Assembly: GCA_963753595.1 (NCBI GenBank)
Contig: CAVWCX010000036.1
Coordinates: 128,001-192,000 of the forward strand
Direction of reading: 5' to 3'
Length of the DNA: 64,000 nucleotides
Source of the DNA: Candidatus Methanoperedenaceae archaeon
GTDB taxonomy: Archaea > Halobacteriota > Methanosarcinia > Methanosarcinales > Methanoperedenaceae
Position numbers and translations under genes: made by a program. Shown one piece after another: positions 40,671 to 50,661 of this stretch (its first letter is position 1; every line of letters begins with the position of its first letter). Under the pieces are notes generated by a model. The model made no database searches. It was given only the letters and a program-made list of their open reading frames with translations, and was not told the origin of the DNA.

Positions 40671-42410
40671 ATGCCTAATGTATGGAATCTAGGAAATACA
40701 ACCATTCGAAACCCAAATCGCATTGAGTTAGGATTACGACTTTTTTCTGAAGAGTTTCAAGGTAACGTACATGGAGCGGAGGCAGAGGAGCGATTTGCTA
40801 AGAGATTAGCCGAGGAAGAAATTGTCGAATCAGAGGGAAGTTATGGTGATTTGTTTGGTCGTAAATGGCGTTCTGTTTTAGTGAAACTAGGATTTGCTAC
40901 TGATATTAAATATATAATTGGGAAAAGAAGTTTTAAGGTAGTAGATCTGGCAAAACAGCGACCAGAATTGGGACTAAAAGGGCTTGAATATGAATTGACA
41001 CCAGCCGGTAAACATCTATTAGAAGCAGATACAACTGGTGCGATACAGGATGTCTTTTTGAGGCAGTTGGTACGTCATGAGCTCCCCTCACCGATTGAAA
41101 GTGGATTTCCACGTGGTCAAATTAAACCTTTTATTTATGTACTTCAGGTTTTAAAAAAGTTATTAGAACGAAATGAGCAGGGACTCAGCAAATTTGAAAT
41201 GGCTGCATTTTTGCAACTGTTCATTGATCACACGGATAATGCGATTGAGCAAACAGTGGAACGCGTGTTAGAATATCGTAAACAGCGCGATACATGTGAT
41301 GATCAGGCAGCGAAACGGAAATTTGACGAAACTCAAATACAGGCGTCGGCTTTGGCAGGTAATGTAAAGAGCGACACATTGGTAGATTATGCAGATACAA
41401 CTTTCCGGTATACCCAGATGACTGGAATAGTAGCTCAGCAAGGATCACGATTGATATTGCGCGAGAATAAAATGCCGATTATCGAAGCACTGCTAATAAA
41501 AGAGCCTGCGTTTTTAGCTAGAGAAGATCCGTTTGGTTATTTAGCTGACTTCTACACAGGAACATCCTTACCCACGGATAATATTACTTTTGCAAATAGT
41601 GAGATTAAGCGCTTGGTTGATGAAATAAGGAAATATGGTAAAGAGCCTGCTTTAGATATGGCAAATCTCTCAGTTACTATGAAAATTCAAGAAATAGAAA
41701 GATTGCGATATAATCTACTTGAACAATTAAGTTGGGCTCGCGAAGATCAGTTTGCCGCCGATCAAGTGAAAGACGAGTCCATCCAAGATATACTGAAATA
41801 TATAGATGCATTAGAAACGCTTGCTAAGAGCAAGAAAATGGGTATTTTAGATCGTCCAGCTTACCTGGAATGGGTAGTTTGGCGCGGTTTTCTTGCAATT
41901 GATCGTATCATCATACCTTTTCACCAAACAAGGCGTTTTCCTGTCAATGAGGATTTACATCCACGGCATCCGGCACCTGGCGGTGGCTCAGATATGATAT
42001 TCGAATTTGAAGATTACGTTTTAGTAGTGGAAGTGACATTGACTGGCTCTTCACGCCAAATAGCAGCTGAAGGAGAACCTGTACGTCGGCATGTAGCTGA
42101 TATAAAAGAGAAATATGCAAACAAAGAAGTGTACGGGATTTTTATTGCACCATCGATAGATAACAATACCGCAGAAACCTTTCGGATAGGAATTTGGTAC
42201 CGAGGGGACCTAGAGGAATTTATGAACATTGTTCCTTTTACGTTAAACCAATTCAGGCAGATGATTGAGACTTTGCTTAAACAACGATATTCACCAAAGA
42301 ATATTCAACAACTGATGGATCGGTGCTTAACATATAGAAATACAAAAGCTCCTGAATGGAAGCGAATGATTGATGTAGAGAAGAATCGATGGATAGCACG
42401 CCTCGATTAA
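40671..42410 (+). CDS. AlwI-family type IIS restriction endonuclease
   Basis: N-terminal GNTTIRNP.R, DYADTTFRY, PAYLEW..WR.FL, APGGGSDM..E...EVTL...EGEPVRRH. Confidence 0.88.
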   Translation: MPNVWNLGNTTIRNPNRIELGLRLFSEEFQGNVHGAEAEERFAKRLAEEEIVESEGSYGDLFGRKWRSVLVKLGFATDIKYIIGKRSFKVVDLAKQRPELGLKGLEYELTPAGKHLLEADTTGAIQDVFLRQLVRHELPSPIESGFPRGQIKPFIYVLQVLKKLLERNEQGLSKFEMAAFLQLFIDHTDNAIEQTVERVLEYRKQRDTCDDQAAKRKFDETQIQASALAGNVKSDTLVDYADTTFRYTQMTGIVAQQGSRLILRENKMPIIEALLIKEPAFLAREDPFGYLADFYTGTSLPTDNITFANSEIKRLVDEIRKYGKEPALDMANLSVTMKIQEIERLRYNLLEQLSWAREDQFAADQVKDESIQDILKYIDALETLAKSKKMGILDRPAYLEWVVWRGFLAIDRIIIPFHQTRRFPVNEDLHPRHPAPGGGSDMIFEFEDYVLVVEVTLTGSSRQIAAEGEPVRRHVADIKEKYANKEVYGIFIAPSIDNNTAETFRIGIWYRGDLEEFMNIVPFTLNQFRQMIETLLKQRYSPKNIQQLMDRCLTYRNTKAPEWKRMIDVEKNRWIARLD

Positions 42411-42549
42411 TGTTGCATCACGATAATGCAAGTGGCAGCAGAACCTAAAATGCAAGTCAAGAAAAGGCATTAAGAGAAGATATAAGAGGATTTTGAAACA
42501 TCCATAATCCACAGTCACCCGAATATGCCTTAGCTTAAAAAAATAAAGT

Positions 42550-43377
42550 TTAATAGTACCTGGGTAAAAGGGCAAACCATTTACAGTCTTCGCCTGAAAA
42601 ATTTTTATATTTATAATTATCTTTCCAAATTATAGGCATTGTGCTATTCGGAACAGAATAATAAAATGAAATTAAAAGTCCCCTATCAAAATCAAAACGG
42701 CTCTCATTTTTTAATAAATTATTAATTGTTTTTAAATTGGATTTTTCTTTATCATTAAAAATTTTACAAGAATTACTATAAAATTGACTTGAATTTTCTT
42801 GAAGTGTAATACCGCATAAAATTTCAAAATTGGTATTCTGTCTTAATCTATTTATTCCCTCTGGTGTAGCACATAGGCATAACAAATATGGTTTGTGGCT
42901 GGGATTTAACATTCCATTTAATTTATTATTAATATATTCTAAAGACTGATTGCCGGTGCCAATTAAATCATCAACAAATATAATTACACTTTCTTGAGGT
43001 AAACCTGGTATATCCCAAGGTTTGATGATTTTAAAATTTGAATTTTTCATAGAATGTTTTACATCATATAAAATAATGTCGCCACTTTTTGCCGGTTCCC
43101 CAAAACTTGTTATGTAACAATTTTCCTGATTAAAAAGAATATTATTCTGTTCTATAATTTCTTTAATAATAGTTCTAATCTGAATAGCATCAAAAATTTT
43201 AATGTTTTTCAATAATTTTATTGTAGTTTTCCAATCTAAATTTGTATTTTTTTTCCATTTTAATATTGAATTTGCTTTATATCCTTGATATCTTAGCAGT
43301 CTTTTTTCTATCTCAGAGCAATTATACCAATAATATATTAGTTTATCTAAGACATATACCATCTCTAACCCATTCAA
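42550..43377 (-). CDS. phosphoribosyltransferase-like (PRTase-CE type) protein
   Basis: KSGD loop, PRPP-binding IIFVDDLIGTGNQ, C-terminal SVPNSTMPIIW...WFALLPR. Confidence 0.8.
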   Translation of the reverse strand: MNGLEMVYVLDKLIYYWYNCSEIEKRLLRYQGYKANSILKWKKNTNLDWKTTIKLLKNIKIFDAIQIRTIIKEIIEQNNILFNQENCYITSFGEPAKSGDIILYDVKHSMKNSNFKIIKPWDIPGLPQESVIIFVDDLIGTGNQSLEYINNKLNGMLNPSHKPYLLCLCATPEGINRLRQNTNFEILCGITLQENSSQFYSNSCKIFNDKEKSNLKTINNLLKNESRFDFDRGLLISFYYSVPNSTMPIIWKDNYKYKNFSGEDCKWFALLPRYY

Positions 43378-44309
43378 TCAATTTTACTGATAACTTCATT
43401 TAAAACATTTTTTAGATTCGAAAGTTGATCTACAAAATAATAATCACTTATTAAATCGGAGTCTAAATCTTTCAAATTTGCACTAAGAAATCCGATATAT
43501 TTCAAAATGTTTTTTCTAGCAGTATCGTTTTCAATGTCTGGAGAAGCAAAAAGTTCAATATTTGCCGATGGACTTGAAATAAATAAATTAATTTTGGATA
43601 TAAATTCATTAAAATTATTTGATTTTTCATAGTAGGCCATTGCTTTTCTTATCTCTCTAAATTCTTTGACATCTGTCATTGAAGTACCACTCAAGAACTT
43701 TTCAATCATACCATCAACTAATCTTTTTACACCATTTGGATAATCAAAACCTTGATGATTACTTAATTTAGCAGCAATTGGATACAATTCGATAAAAAAA
43801 TCTGTTGAAATTTTATTTCCTTTTTCCATTAATATATTTCTGTAAACTTCTGGATACCATAAAAGCTGTTTACATCTCCTTATTGTTGATCGATTAACCC
43901 CAGTAAATTCAGTTATAACTGATTCTTGATCTGTTCCTAATTGCTTTATTACTACGTCAAGCTTTAATGCTGTTGGAAATAGAGCCCATTCTTTACGATA
44001 ATGGTGAATATTAAACATGAATAAAATATTCTGTGTCACATCTTTCGGTTCATCAATAACATTTGCAGGAACTACCATTAAACCTAATTCTTTTGCACAT
44101 CTCCATCTTCTTTCTCCATCAAGCAAAATATAAGGTGTCTTAGGATTATCTTTAGTATTTGTATAAACTGTTAATGGAACTAAAATTCCCACTTTAGAGA
44201 TAGATTTTTTTAATTCCAATAAATCATCGTCCTCAAAAGTTAACCTTGGATTAAAAGGATTTGGTGAAATATCATTTACCGGAATATCAAATAGTGTTTT
44301 TGCTGCCAT
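43374..44309 (-). CDS. ParB/Srx-domain protein
   Basis: PNPFNPR, LKKSI..VGILVPL.V, LLDGERRWRCAK. Confidence 0.88.
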   Translation of the reverse strand: MAAKTLFDIPVNDISPNPFNPRLTFEDDDLLELKKSISKVGILVPLTVYTNTKDNPKTPYILLDGERRWRCAKELGLMVVPANVIDEPKDVTQNILFMFNIHHYRKEWALFPTALKLDVVIKQLGTDQESVITEFTGVNRSTIRRCKQLLWYPEVYRNILMEKGNKISTDFFIELYPIAAKLSNHQGFDYPNGVKRLVDGMIEKFLSGTSMTDVKEFREIRKAMAYYEKSNNFNEFISKINLFISSPSANIELFASPDIENDTARKNILKYIGFLSANLKDLDSDLISDYYFVDQLSNLKNVLNEVISKID

Positions 44310-44574
44310 TTCAATAACCTTTTATCTAAATTAATTTCAAATTTTCAAATCGATATCTCATTTGATTTTATCAAGAGATTGTTCTTACTTTGATTGTTAA
44401 TGTATTAAATCCTCTGGAATAACCCCTCATATTGCATTTATGGAAGCTTTTATACACGATGTATGAGCGAAGGCTTTCTCCTCGTCCTTACTAGAAAAAC
44501 TCGTCTCCTCAGCGGACCTTTTCTATTTCACTAAACTTAAATATTAATAGTGATTATTAACCTGAGGTAGACTG

Positions 44575-45474
44575 ATGGCCAAATTTAAATTAGTACCTTT
44601 TATAGTTCGTGTGAAACAAAAACATACAAACGAATTTGTTCATTTGAATAACGTAGATGAACAAGGCACAGATTTTTTAGGACTTTTAAATCAATGTTTT
44701 CAAGTAACACAAAACGTTCGAGTTATGGAGAACAATCAAAAAACCATTTCAATAGAGCAAGTAAATTCTTCTGGAAGAGATATATATGGTATCGCAAAAA
44801 GTGGGGAATATGGCATTGACGCTGACTTTTTTGATATAGAAACCTCTGAAGTAATACCCCACGCAAGAAGAAGTGAACACTCAGAGACCTTTCCTTTCTT
44901 TTTTTATTTTCATCTTCCTATTGGAATGGAACGAGGAATTCTAATTATACAAACATATAAGGTTTATGGAATAAAAACTATTATAGAGAGGACAATCAAT
45001 GAATATTTTGATGATCTTGGACTTGTCATGGAACTGAACCGGTTGATTTCGCAGACAATATTAGAGCAGCTTGAACAGAGCCGTTTAGTTGAATTACAAT
45101 TAATTCGTTATGACGTCCCTCGCGATGTGGCGGATAAAGTCCATGATGGAAGCCCAGAAGAAATATTCGAAAAGCGAAGCTTTCATGTTCAATATAAAAA
45201 AGAAATTAATCTAACAAACCGGATTAGGAATCTTATTTCAGATCGAGAAACGGTATATTATGAAATTTTAGGTGCCCAGTATGATGAAATTAAAGCAATA
45301 ATTGAAAAAGATGGGAGAAAAATTACTCTCACATTTGGAGAAAAAGATATATACAGAGAATCCATGCCATTAGATGGAGATATTCCTCTTGAAAGGGGAT
45401 TTCCAACATATAATTATCTTTTAAGGATGGCTATAGAGTATATGGAGCTCTTAAGGAGCAGCCTTGGAGAGTAA
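44575..45474 (+). CDS. hypothetical soluble protein (DUF4747/KwaB-like appearance)
   Basis: GIAKSGEYG...PFFFYFHLP...GILIIQ; operonic with a 4TM gene. Confidence 0.6.
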   Translation: MAKFKLVPFIVRVKQKHTNEFVHLNNVDEQGTDFLGLLNQCFQVTQNVRVMENNQKTISIEQVNSSGRDIYGIAKSGEYGIDADFFDIETSEVIPHARRSEHSETFPFFFYFHLPIGMERGILIIQTYKVYGIKTIIERTINEYFDDLGLVMELNRLISQTILEQLEQSRLVELQLIRYDVPRDVADKVHDGSPEEIFEKRSFHVQYKKEINLTNRIRNLISDRETVYYEILGAQYDEIKAIIEKDGRKITLTFGEKDIYRESMPLDGDIPLERGFPTYNYLLRMAIEYMELLRSSLGE

Positions 45475-45479
45475 CTGTA

Positions 45480-45986
45480 ATGTTTGCTTTAATTAATGTT
45501 TCATGTATTATAAAAAAACATTTCGATACCCTTAAAGAAGATGCAAAGTTCGGTTTCATTTTTATCATTTTTGTTTTAATCCCAGTTGTTTTATCGTTCC
45601 TATTGGTGTGGATAAATAAACTTTTAACAGAAAATACCGTAAATACTCTGGTTACGGCATTTTCTATTTTTACGGGTCTTCTTCTCAATGTTATTTTCAT
45701 CCTTTTTGATATATTGGGTAAATTAGGAAAATATCCTTCTTATGCAAAAGTAAGGAAGTTACTAATAGAACATTTATACGCAAACTCATTATATGCCCTT
45801 CTTATTTCAACAATTCTTTTAATTATAATAATATTGGCTACAATTATCGAAATTTGGAATAGCGATAATCTGGTATTAACAATCTTTTCTTTTGTAGTTT
45901 ATTTTAGCGTTGGACATTTCTTAATGACTTTGATAATGATTATTAAACGCCTTTTCATATTACTTTCCACACAATTGGAGGAATAG
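45480..45986 (+). CDS. four-TM membrane protein
   Basis: Four hydrophobic helices, FSIFTGLLLN motif. Confidence 0.75.
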   Translation: MFALINVSCIIKKHFDTLKEDAKFGFIFIIFVLIPVVLSFLLVWINKLLTENTVNTLVTAFSIFTGLLLNVIFILFDILGKLGKYPSYAKVRKLLIEHLYANSLYALLISTILLIIIILATIIEIWNSDNLVLTIFSFVVYFSVGHFLMTLIMIIKRLFILLSTQLEE

Positions 45987-46124
45987 AGAAAAACAATTAA
46001 TTATATGGTAATATTGTAATATTTCTCATGTTTTCCCTGGGTATTGTAGTATTCTATAGGAAGATCCGCCGAGATCATCCGGTGAGAGTTCACTAGGAAA
46101 AAACTCCATGCCTATTCCTTCGTT

Positions 46125-47138
46125 TTATAATGTCGATACTAAGTTATCTATTGCATCTTTATACCGGCTAAATGGTTCCGGATTTACCTGAACTTTAAGG
46201 TCATGCACTTGATGAGGACCCATCTTTAATTTAGATAGTGATACCCCTTCATGCGAACAGACAACCGCCACAGTATGAGCATCTGGAACATCTAAAAATC
46301 TATTTTCTTTTTTGGAGGAAAATTCAACTCCTTCAGCTTCGAGAGCGTTTACTCTTTTTATAATTTCATCGAACATTGCTGAAAAAGCTTTTGAAGCTTT
46401 CTTGTCAAACTGTGTACTCCTATTGAGAGTAACAACGTATATCGATGGTAAAGGAAGATTATTCCTTTCAGCTTTATTTGAAAAATTTGCTTCCCCATAT
46501 ATTTTAGAGATTTTCTTTCCATACAATAATCTACCGATATTATCTATTCCTCTCGCAGAAGAACCGTCTGCTGTGCACGGCACAATTAATCTATCTGCCG
46601 CAATAACTGCTAATTCTGTGTAAGCTGAAAAACTTGGATTACAATCGATAAAAAATACGGCTTCGGATAATTTTGTTTGTATTGCATCTATGAGATCCTT
46701 TAACCAACGATGAACATTAGCCCAAGTGTCTAATGGAAGTGTTTGAGCACTAATCTGATTTATCGCTTGTGCTTGAATTTCAAGAGATGGGTCTCCAGCA
46801 ACAAGATATAAATTATCAGGGAGATTTGCATTATAGGTTTTTGTTAAATCAGATAATAGATAACTTGTTTCATTTCCAGTCTTGAATTTCGGACTATTTA
46901 TTCTTTCATCGAAGTATCCACCAATTGTTCTTCTTTTAGTTTCATTTAGTAGTTTTGACAGATTGTCTGCTCCTTTTCCATTTCCTCCAAGAATAATTTC
47001 GCTTACATTCGCTTGAGGGCATAAATCCATTATAACTACTTTTTTTTTGGGGTTTTTTACTGCATACTCACAAGCGACCACAAAGCTTAGAAATGTTTTT
47101 CCTACTCCGCCTTTATTATTCCAGATTGCATATCTCAT
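46125..47138 (-). CDS. ParA-family ATPase (stand-alone, defence-island type)
   Basis: WNNKGGVGKT, DLCPQANVS, FIDCNPS. Confidence 0.9.
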   Translation of the reverse strand: MRYAIWNNKGGVGKTFLSFVVACEYAVKNPKKKVVIMDLCPQANVSEIILGGNGKGADNLSKLLNETKRRTIGGYFDERINSPKFKTGNETSYLLSDLTKTYNANLPDNLYLVAGDPSLEIQAQAINQISAQTLPLDTWANVHRWLKDLIDAIQTKLSEAVFFIDCNPSFSAYTELAVIAADRLIVPCTADGSSARGIDNIGRLLYGKKISKIYGEANFSNKAERNNLPLPSIYVVTLNRSTQFDKKASKAFSAMFDEIIKRVNALEAEGVEFSSKKENRFLDVPDAHTVAVVCSHEGVSLSKLKMGPHQVHDLKVQVNPEPFSRYKDAIDNLVSTL

Positions 47139-47396
47139 GATACTATAGATAGTATAATGCTAATTAAATCTTTTTAGTAAAAGATGAAGTTCTTCTATTC
47201 GATGAAGGAAGAGACCATCAAACTCGTAGTTACTGAATAGAAACTTAGTTAAACGCAGCCGGATGAGAGATTGCCGTCATGCTAGGTCTCCGCGCCAGGT
47301 AACAGGTCTTCATTGCGATCTGTTTTTGCCATGGGTACAGATGGGATTATGGTCGCTGATGTGCGTATTGCCAGACTGCGAATAGATTATTAGATA

Positions 47397-47705
47397 TTAT
47401 TTAATAATCAGAGCATTTAACCAAGTTATTGTCATTCCCATTCCTGCGACAAGCCCAAGAACAGCACCGCAAAGATAATTGTCCCGCTTTTCCAGGTATT
47501 CAATCAAAAAATACAAGGCAGTAAAAAAAATCACTTTTATTAAGACCATGATGCTGAAATCATATCTTGTGATTATCCTGACAAGACCGCTTTCAAGCAT
47601 TCCATTACTTAAGGCGATGTAAGTGGTCGCCAAGTCCCCGATGAAATAAAAGATGAACCCGAAGATGAAGAGGGCTTTATTGTTTTTGTTCATTTGATGA
47701 TACAT
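47397..47705 (-). CDS. small 3TM membrane protein (DUF5658-like)
   Basis: GDLATTYIAL..G..E motif with hydrophobic helices; start uncertain. Confidence 0.55.
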   Translation of the reverse strand: MYHQMNKNNKALFIFGFIFYFIGDLATTYIALSNGMLESGLVRIITRYDFSIMVLIKVIFFTALYFLIEYLEKRDNYLCGAVLGLVAGMGMTITWLNALIIK

Positions 47706-47724
47706 CCTTGACAGTTGATGAGTT

Positions 47725-47937
47725 CTAACCTTTCTTTTGTCTTCTCTGATAATAACTGAACCTTCCGCTGCCATTGACACAGTTATTACACCGGGTCAGT
47801 GGGTTTGGAATATTGTCATAGTCACATGTTCTGCAACTACCATACTCTTCCTTACAAAGCGCCTTCTCCTGTTGGCTCTCATGTGCTATGCGAAGATTCG
47901 CATGGGTTGCCGTCAGATGCCGGGCACTAATTACCAA
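47725..47937 (-). CDS. small Cys-rich hypothetical protein
   Basis: CRTC...CNNC; paralogous fragment at about 29045-29230. Confidence 0.55.
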   Translation of the reverse strand: MVISARHLTATHANLRIAHESQQEKALCKEEYGSCRTCDYDNIPNPLTRCNNCVNGSGRFSYYQRRQKKG

Positions 47938-47964
47938 GCACCGCTCTTGGTATAGGTATCGCTT

Positions 47965-48708
47965 CTATACCTCATCCCCCTGAGAATCGAAGAGAACGGT
48001 GGCTACCCTCCTTGCCATCTCCCTACTGGCAAACTCCAGCTCAAACTTCCCATTCTTGTAGAGTCTTGAACTTACGAGGATGGGGTCGGTGATCAGGAGC
48101 TTATCCCACGGATACTTTAGATGTTTGTACAAGTTTGCTATTAAGTCGCCATGAACAACTCTTGGATCTGCATTCTGCAATTGTATTCGGATCAGTTTTT
48201 CAAGGGAAGTCACGCGTCTCCCAAAGTCCCATATCCCGTCAGGTGATCCATCGTACTTGCTCTCTGTGACTGGATGTCTTAACACGAGTGATTTACCCTT
48301 AACCAAGTCGTCTGGTGATTTTATCCTCCGATATGGCGACAATAGGTCAGCTTCTCGGGAGAACTGGGCTTTTAATTCTTCCTGCGCTGTATCGTACTTG
48401 GAACTGAATATTGCCATCACTCTATCCACGGTGAAGTAGTAAGGGGCTTGTGTATCAAGCACTTTGCTTATCTCATCCACGTTTATTTCAACATTTGAGC
48501 TCTCGAACTGTGGCCTGAGCACTGCCCATATAGCTTTATTCCGAGCGCTTTTAACTAGGTCGCCAAGTGGCTCATCAGTCGTTAATGCACTGAACTGTCC
48601 TGACTCCGACAGAAGAGCGTTTATATTCTCTACCAATCTCATTGCCTCTGACCTGCAGGCTAAGAGCTTGTTATATTCTTCCTCTAACTTCCTTTGATCT
48701 AATTCCAC
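47965..48708 (-). CDS. hypothetical protein
   Basis: 247-aa ORF with a GAGGTGA RBS. Confidence 0.7.
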   Translation of the reverse strand: MELDQRKLEEEYNKLLACRSEAMRLVENINALLSESGQFSALTTDEPLGDLVKSARNKAIWAVLRPQFESSNVEINVDEISKVLDTQAPYYFTVDRVMAIFSSKYDTAQEELKAQFSREADLLSPYRRIKSPDDLVKGKSLVLRHPVTESKYDGSPDGIWDFGRRVTSLEKLIRIQLQNADPRVVHGDLIANLYKHLKYPWDKLLITDPILVSSRLYKNGKFELEFASREMARRVATVLFDSQGDEV

Positions 48709-48740
48709 ATTATATCACCTCATTGCCACGGCGACACATC

Positions 48741-48950
48741 CTAGAGTATGTCTTTTGTGTACTGCTCAACATCCACATTCTCTTCATCAGGTGCGTAGTC
48801 CTTGTACTCCTCCAAGACACCATCCTTTTCAGTTTCACTGGACTTTATGGCATCGATGTCTATTATTCGGTACAATATTCCTGACCCTTTTGTGGCTGCA
48901 TTGGTGACAACACCACCTTCTATCGTTATTATTACCTCTGGTTCTTCCAT
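48741..48950 (-). CDS. small acidic hypothetical protein
   Basis: IITIEGGVV...IIDID. Confidence 0.6.
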   Translation of the reverse strand: MEEPEVIITIEGGVVTNAATKGSGILYRIIDIDAIKSSETEKDGVLEEYKDYAPDEENVDVEQYTKDIL

Positions 48951-48960
48951 GACTGGCCTC

Positions 48961-49326
48961 TCATATGTTCATAGTGGGATACCCCAGGCTTACTGACAGT
49001 TGTGCTTCATTACCCATCGTTGATATTGCCTTGACTGTTTCCACAAGGCGGCTGGCCTTTGCGGCGTTCCTGTCTTCCAAGAATAGCATATGTCTTATGT
49101 CGTAGTTGATCATCTCGAAAAGGTCTCTCTTAAAGCAGGCATCACACCTCTCGCACCAGTCAACGGTTTCCCCACGAAGGGCCTTTTCTATAAGGACTTC
49201 TGCATGTTTTGGCGTATGATATCCGATACTGCCCTCAACCATTGCCGCTACCAGCCAGTCCTTTCCTTTCTCCACTATCAGTTTCTGCAGTTCCGCTGCA
49301 TCGTTTATTCTCTTTGGTTCTTCCAT
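48961..49326 (-). CDS. hypothetical protein
   Basis: GAGG RBS; CERCDAC; downstream of hairpin copy 3. Confidence 0.65.
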   Translation of the reverse strand: MEEPKRINDAAELQKLIVEKGKDWLVAAMVEGSIGYHTPKHAEVLIEKALRGETVDWCERCDACFKRDLFEMINYDIRHMLFLEDRNAAKASRLVETVKAISTMGNEAQLSVSLGYPTMNI

Positions 49327-49371
49327 AACTTTATCCTCGTTTGTGTTCTATTATATATGCTCTCGTTTTTT

Positions 49372-49413
49372 CCTGAACCTGCCCGATTTCAGCGCCGCGC
49401 GCGAAATCTGGCT
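49372..49413. repeat. 43-bp hairpin motif, copy 3
   Basis: CCTGAACCTGCCC-GATTTC-A-GCGC-CGC-GCGC-GAAATC-TGGC. Confidence 0.8.
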
Positions 49414-49706
49414 CCAAGATAACCCCTCTCCCCCCGCTTCTCCTCCATTGGGTAAAACTCAACCTCGACCGGATTTATGCTTCTGGCCGGGATATTATGG
49501 ATTCTGAGAAAGGTTACGAACGAGATCCTCCGTGTGTGCTCATTATATTCCTCAGCCATGCGATTAACAACACTCTCCGGAGCATTAATATCGGCAAGGA
49601 AGTGTGAACTCCTGCCGCCTGTATCCCACCAAAAATCGTAAATCATATCAAGCTTGGTCTGCTTCCGTTCTCTTGATTGCATTCTCAATGGCTTCTTCCC
49701 AGACAA
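49389..49706 (-). CDS. hypothetical protein
   Basis: In the minus-strand gene train; true start likely MIYDFWW. Confidence 0.45.
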   Translation of the reverse strand: MSGKKPLRMQSRERKQTKLDMIYDFWWDTGGRSSHFLADINAPESVVNRMAEEYNEHTRRISFVTFLRIHNIPARSINPVEVEFYPMEEKRGERGYLGARFRARR

Positions 49707-50007
49707 AGTCGAAAGCCGCGTCGATCCCCTTCTTTGTCACACGGGCAATTTCATCAAAGTCTTTGCCAGCCAGTGAAAGTCCCTTCTCTTTCGCTACCGC
49801 TTTTATGGTTTCCTCGGTCAGGTTCCATAAAGCCCATACTCTCTCTTTATCTTCTGTGGGTTCAAGGACTAACTTACATTTTGCCAGTGCCTCCAGCATG
49901 TCAGTGTGGTCCTCGTCATCTGGAACCTCGAAACCCAGCTTTATGAGGTCGGTGTGTATTACCTCGCATACATCTGTACAACCAGGTGTGCTCATTGTTA
50001 CCCCCAT
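49648..50007 (-). CDS. hypothetical protein
   Basis: Tightly packed minus-strand operon. Confidence 0.6.
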   Translation of the reverse strand: MGVTMSTPGCTDVCEVIHTDLIKLGFEVPDDEDHTDMLEALAKCKLVLEPTEDKERVWALWNLTEETIKAVAKEKGLSLAGKDFDEIARVTKKGIDAAFDFVWEEAIENAIKRTEADQA

Positions 50008-50243
50008 GCGAAGTCTATCTCGCCTGTTTTTTCCATCTCTTCAAGTATGACTTCTATAATGCCTGCATCATCGGGACTCTTTACTGCAAAGTCCTTCATT
50101 CTCTGCACTCGATTATCATCATCCCGGCTTAGATACAATCTTGTTGGAGTGCTGTCTATAACGAGAGTATCCAGGAAATCTGCCATCTCGCAACTGATGC
50201 TGCCTATGGTGTCATATGTCACTTTACTCAATGTTATTGACAT
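49998..50243 (-). CDS. hypothetical protein
   Basis: Tightly packed minus-strand operon. Confidence 0.6.
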   Translation of the reverse strand: MSITLSKVTYDTIGSISCEMADFLDTLVIDSTPTRLYLSRDDDNRVQRMKDFAVKSPDDAGIIEVILEEMEKTGEIDFAWG

Positions 50244-50266
50244 TGGCTACCCCCCGGAACATTTAC

Positions 50267-50659
50267 CTAGGATATATTGAGTTCCTTTGCAGCATGTTCA
50301 GAGATTTGAACACCAGAACTATCAGATGGTAGGCGCTTCTGGGCAATCTCAAACCCTGACACGAAAAGATACTTTGGCAGATATGTAAAAGGAAGATCCC
50401 ACAGAGTCTTGCGCTTTTTAAAGAAATCTGAGGTCTCAAGGGAGGTTGTAAGGCCGTTGATCCATGTTGAGTATCTCTTTGCATCGAGAACGATCTCGGT
50501 CTTACTGAATAACTTCTTTACAGCCTCATCAAGAGTCTCATCCGTTGTGTCAAGTTCCCTGCCTATCAAGTCCTTCAAGTTATAGAAATCCGGATTTGTA
50601 GTGATGGCCCTCAATGTTTCATTTGCGATCCCTTGCGCTTCATCTTTAGTCATTACCAT
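50267..50659 (-). CDS. hypothetical protein
   Basis: GGAGG RBS; operonic. Confidence 0.6.
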   Translation of the reverse strand: MVMTKDEAQGIANETLRAITTNPDFYNLKDLIGRELDTTDETLDEAVKKLFSKTEIVLDAKRYSTWINGLTTSLETSDFFKKRKTLWDLPFTYLPKYLFVSGFEIAQKRLPSDSSGVQISEHAAKELNIS

Positions 50660-50661
50660 TG

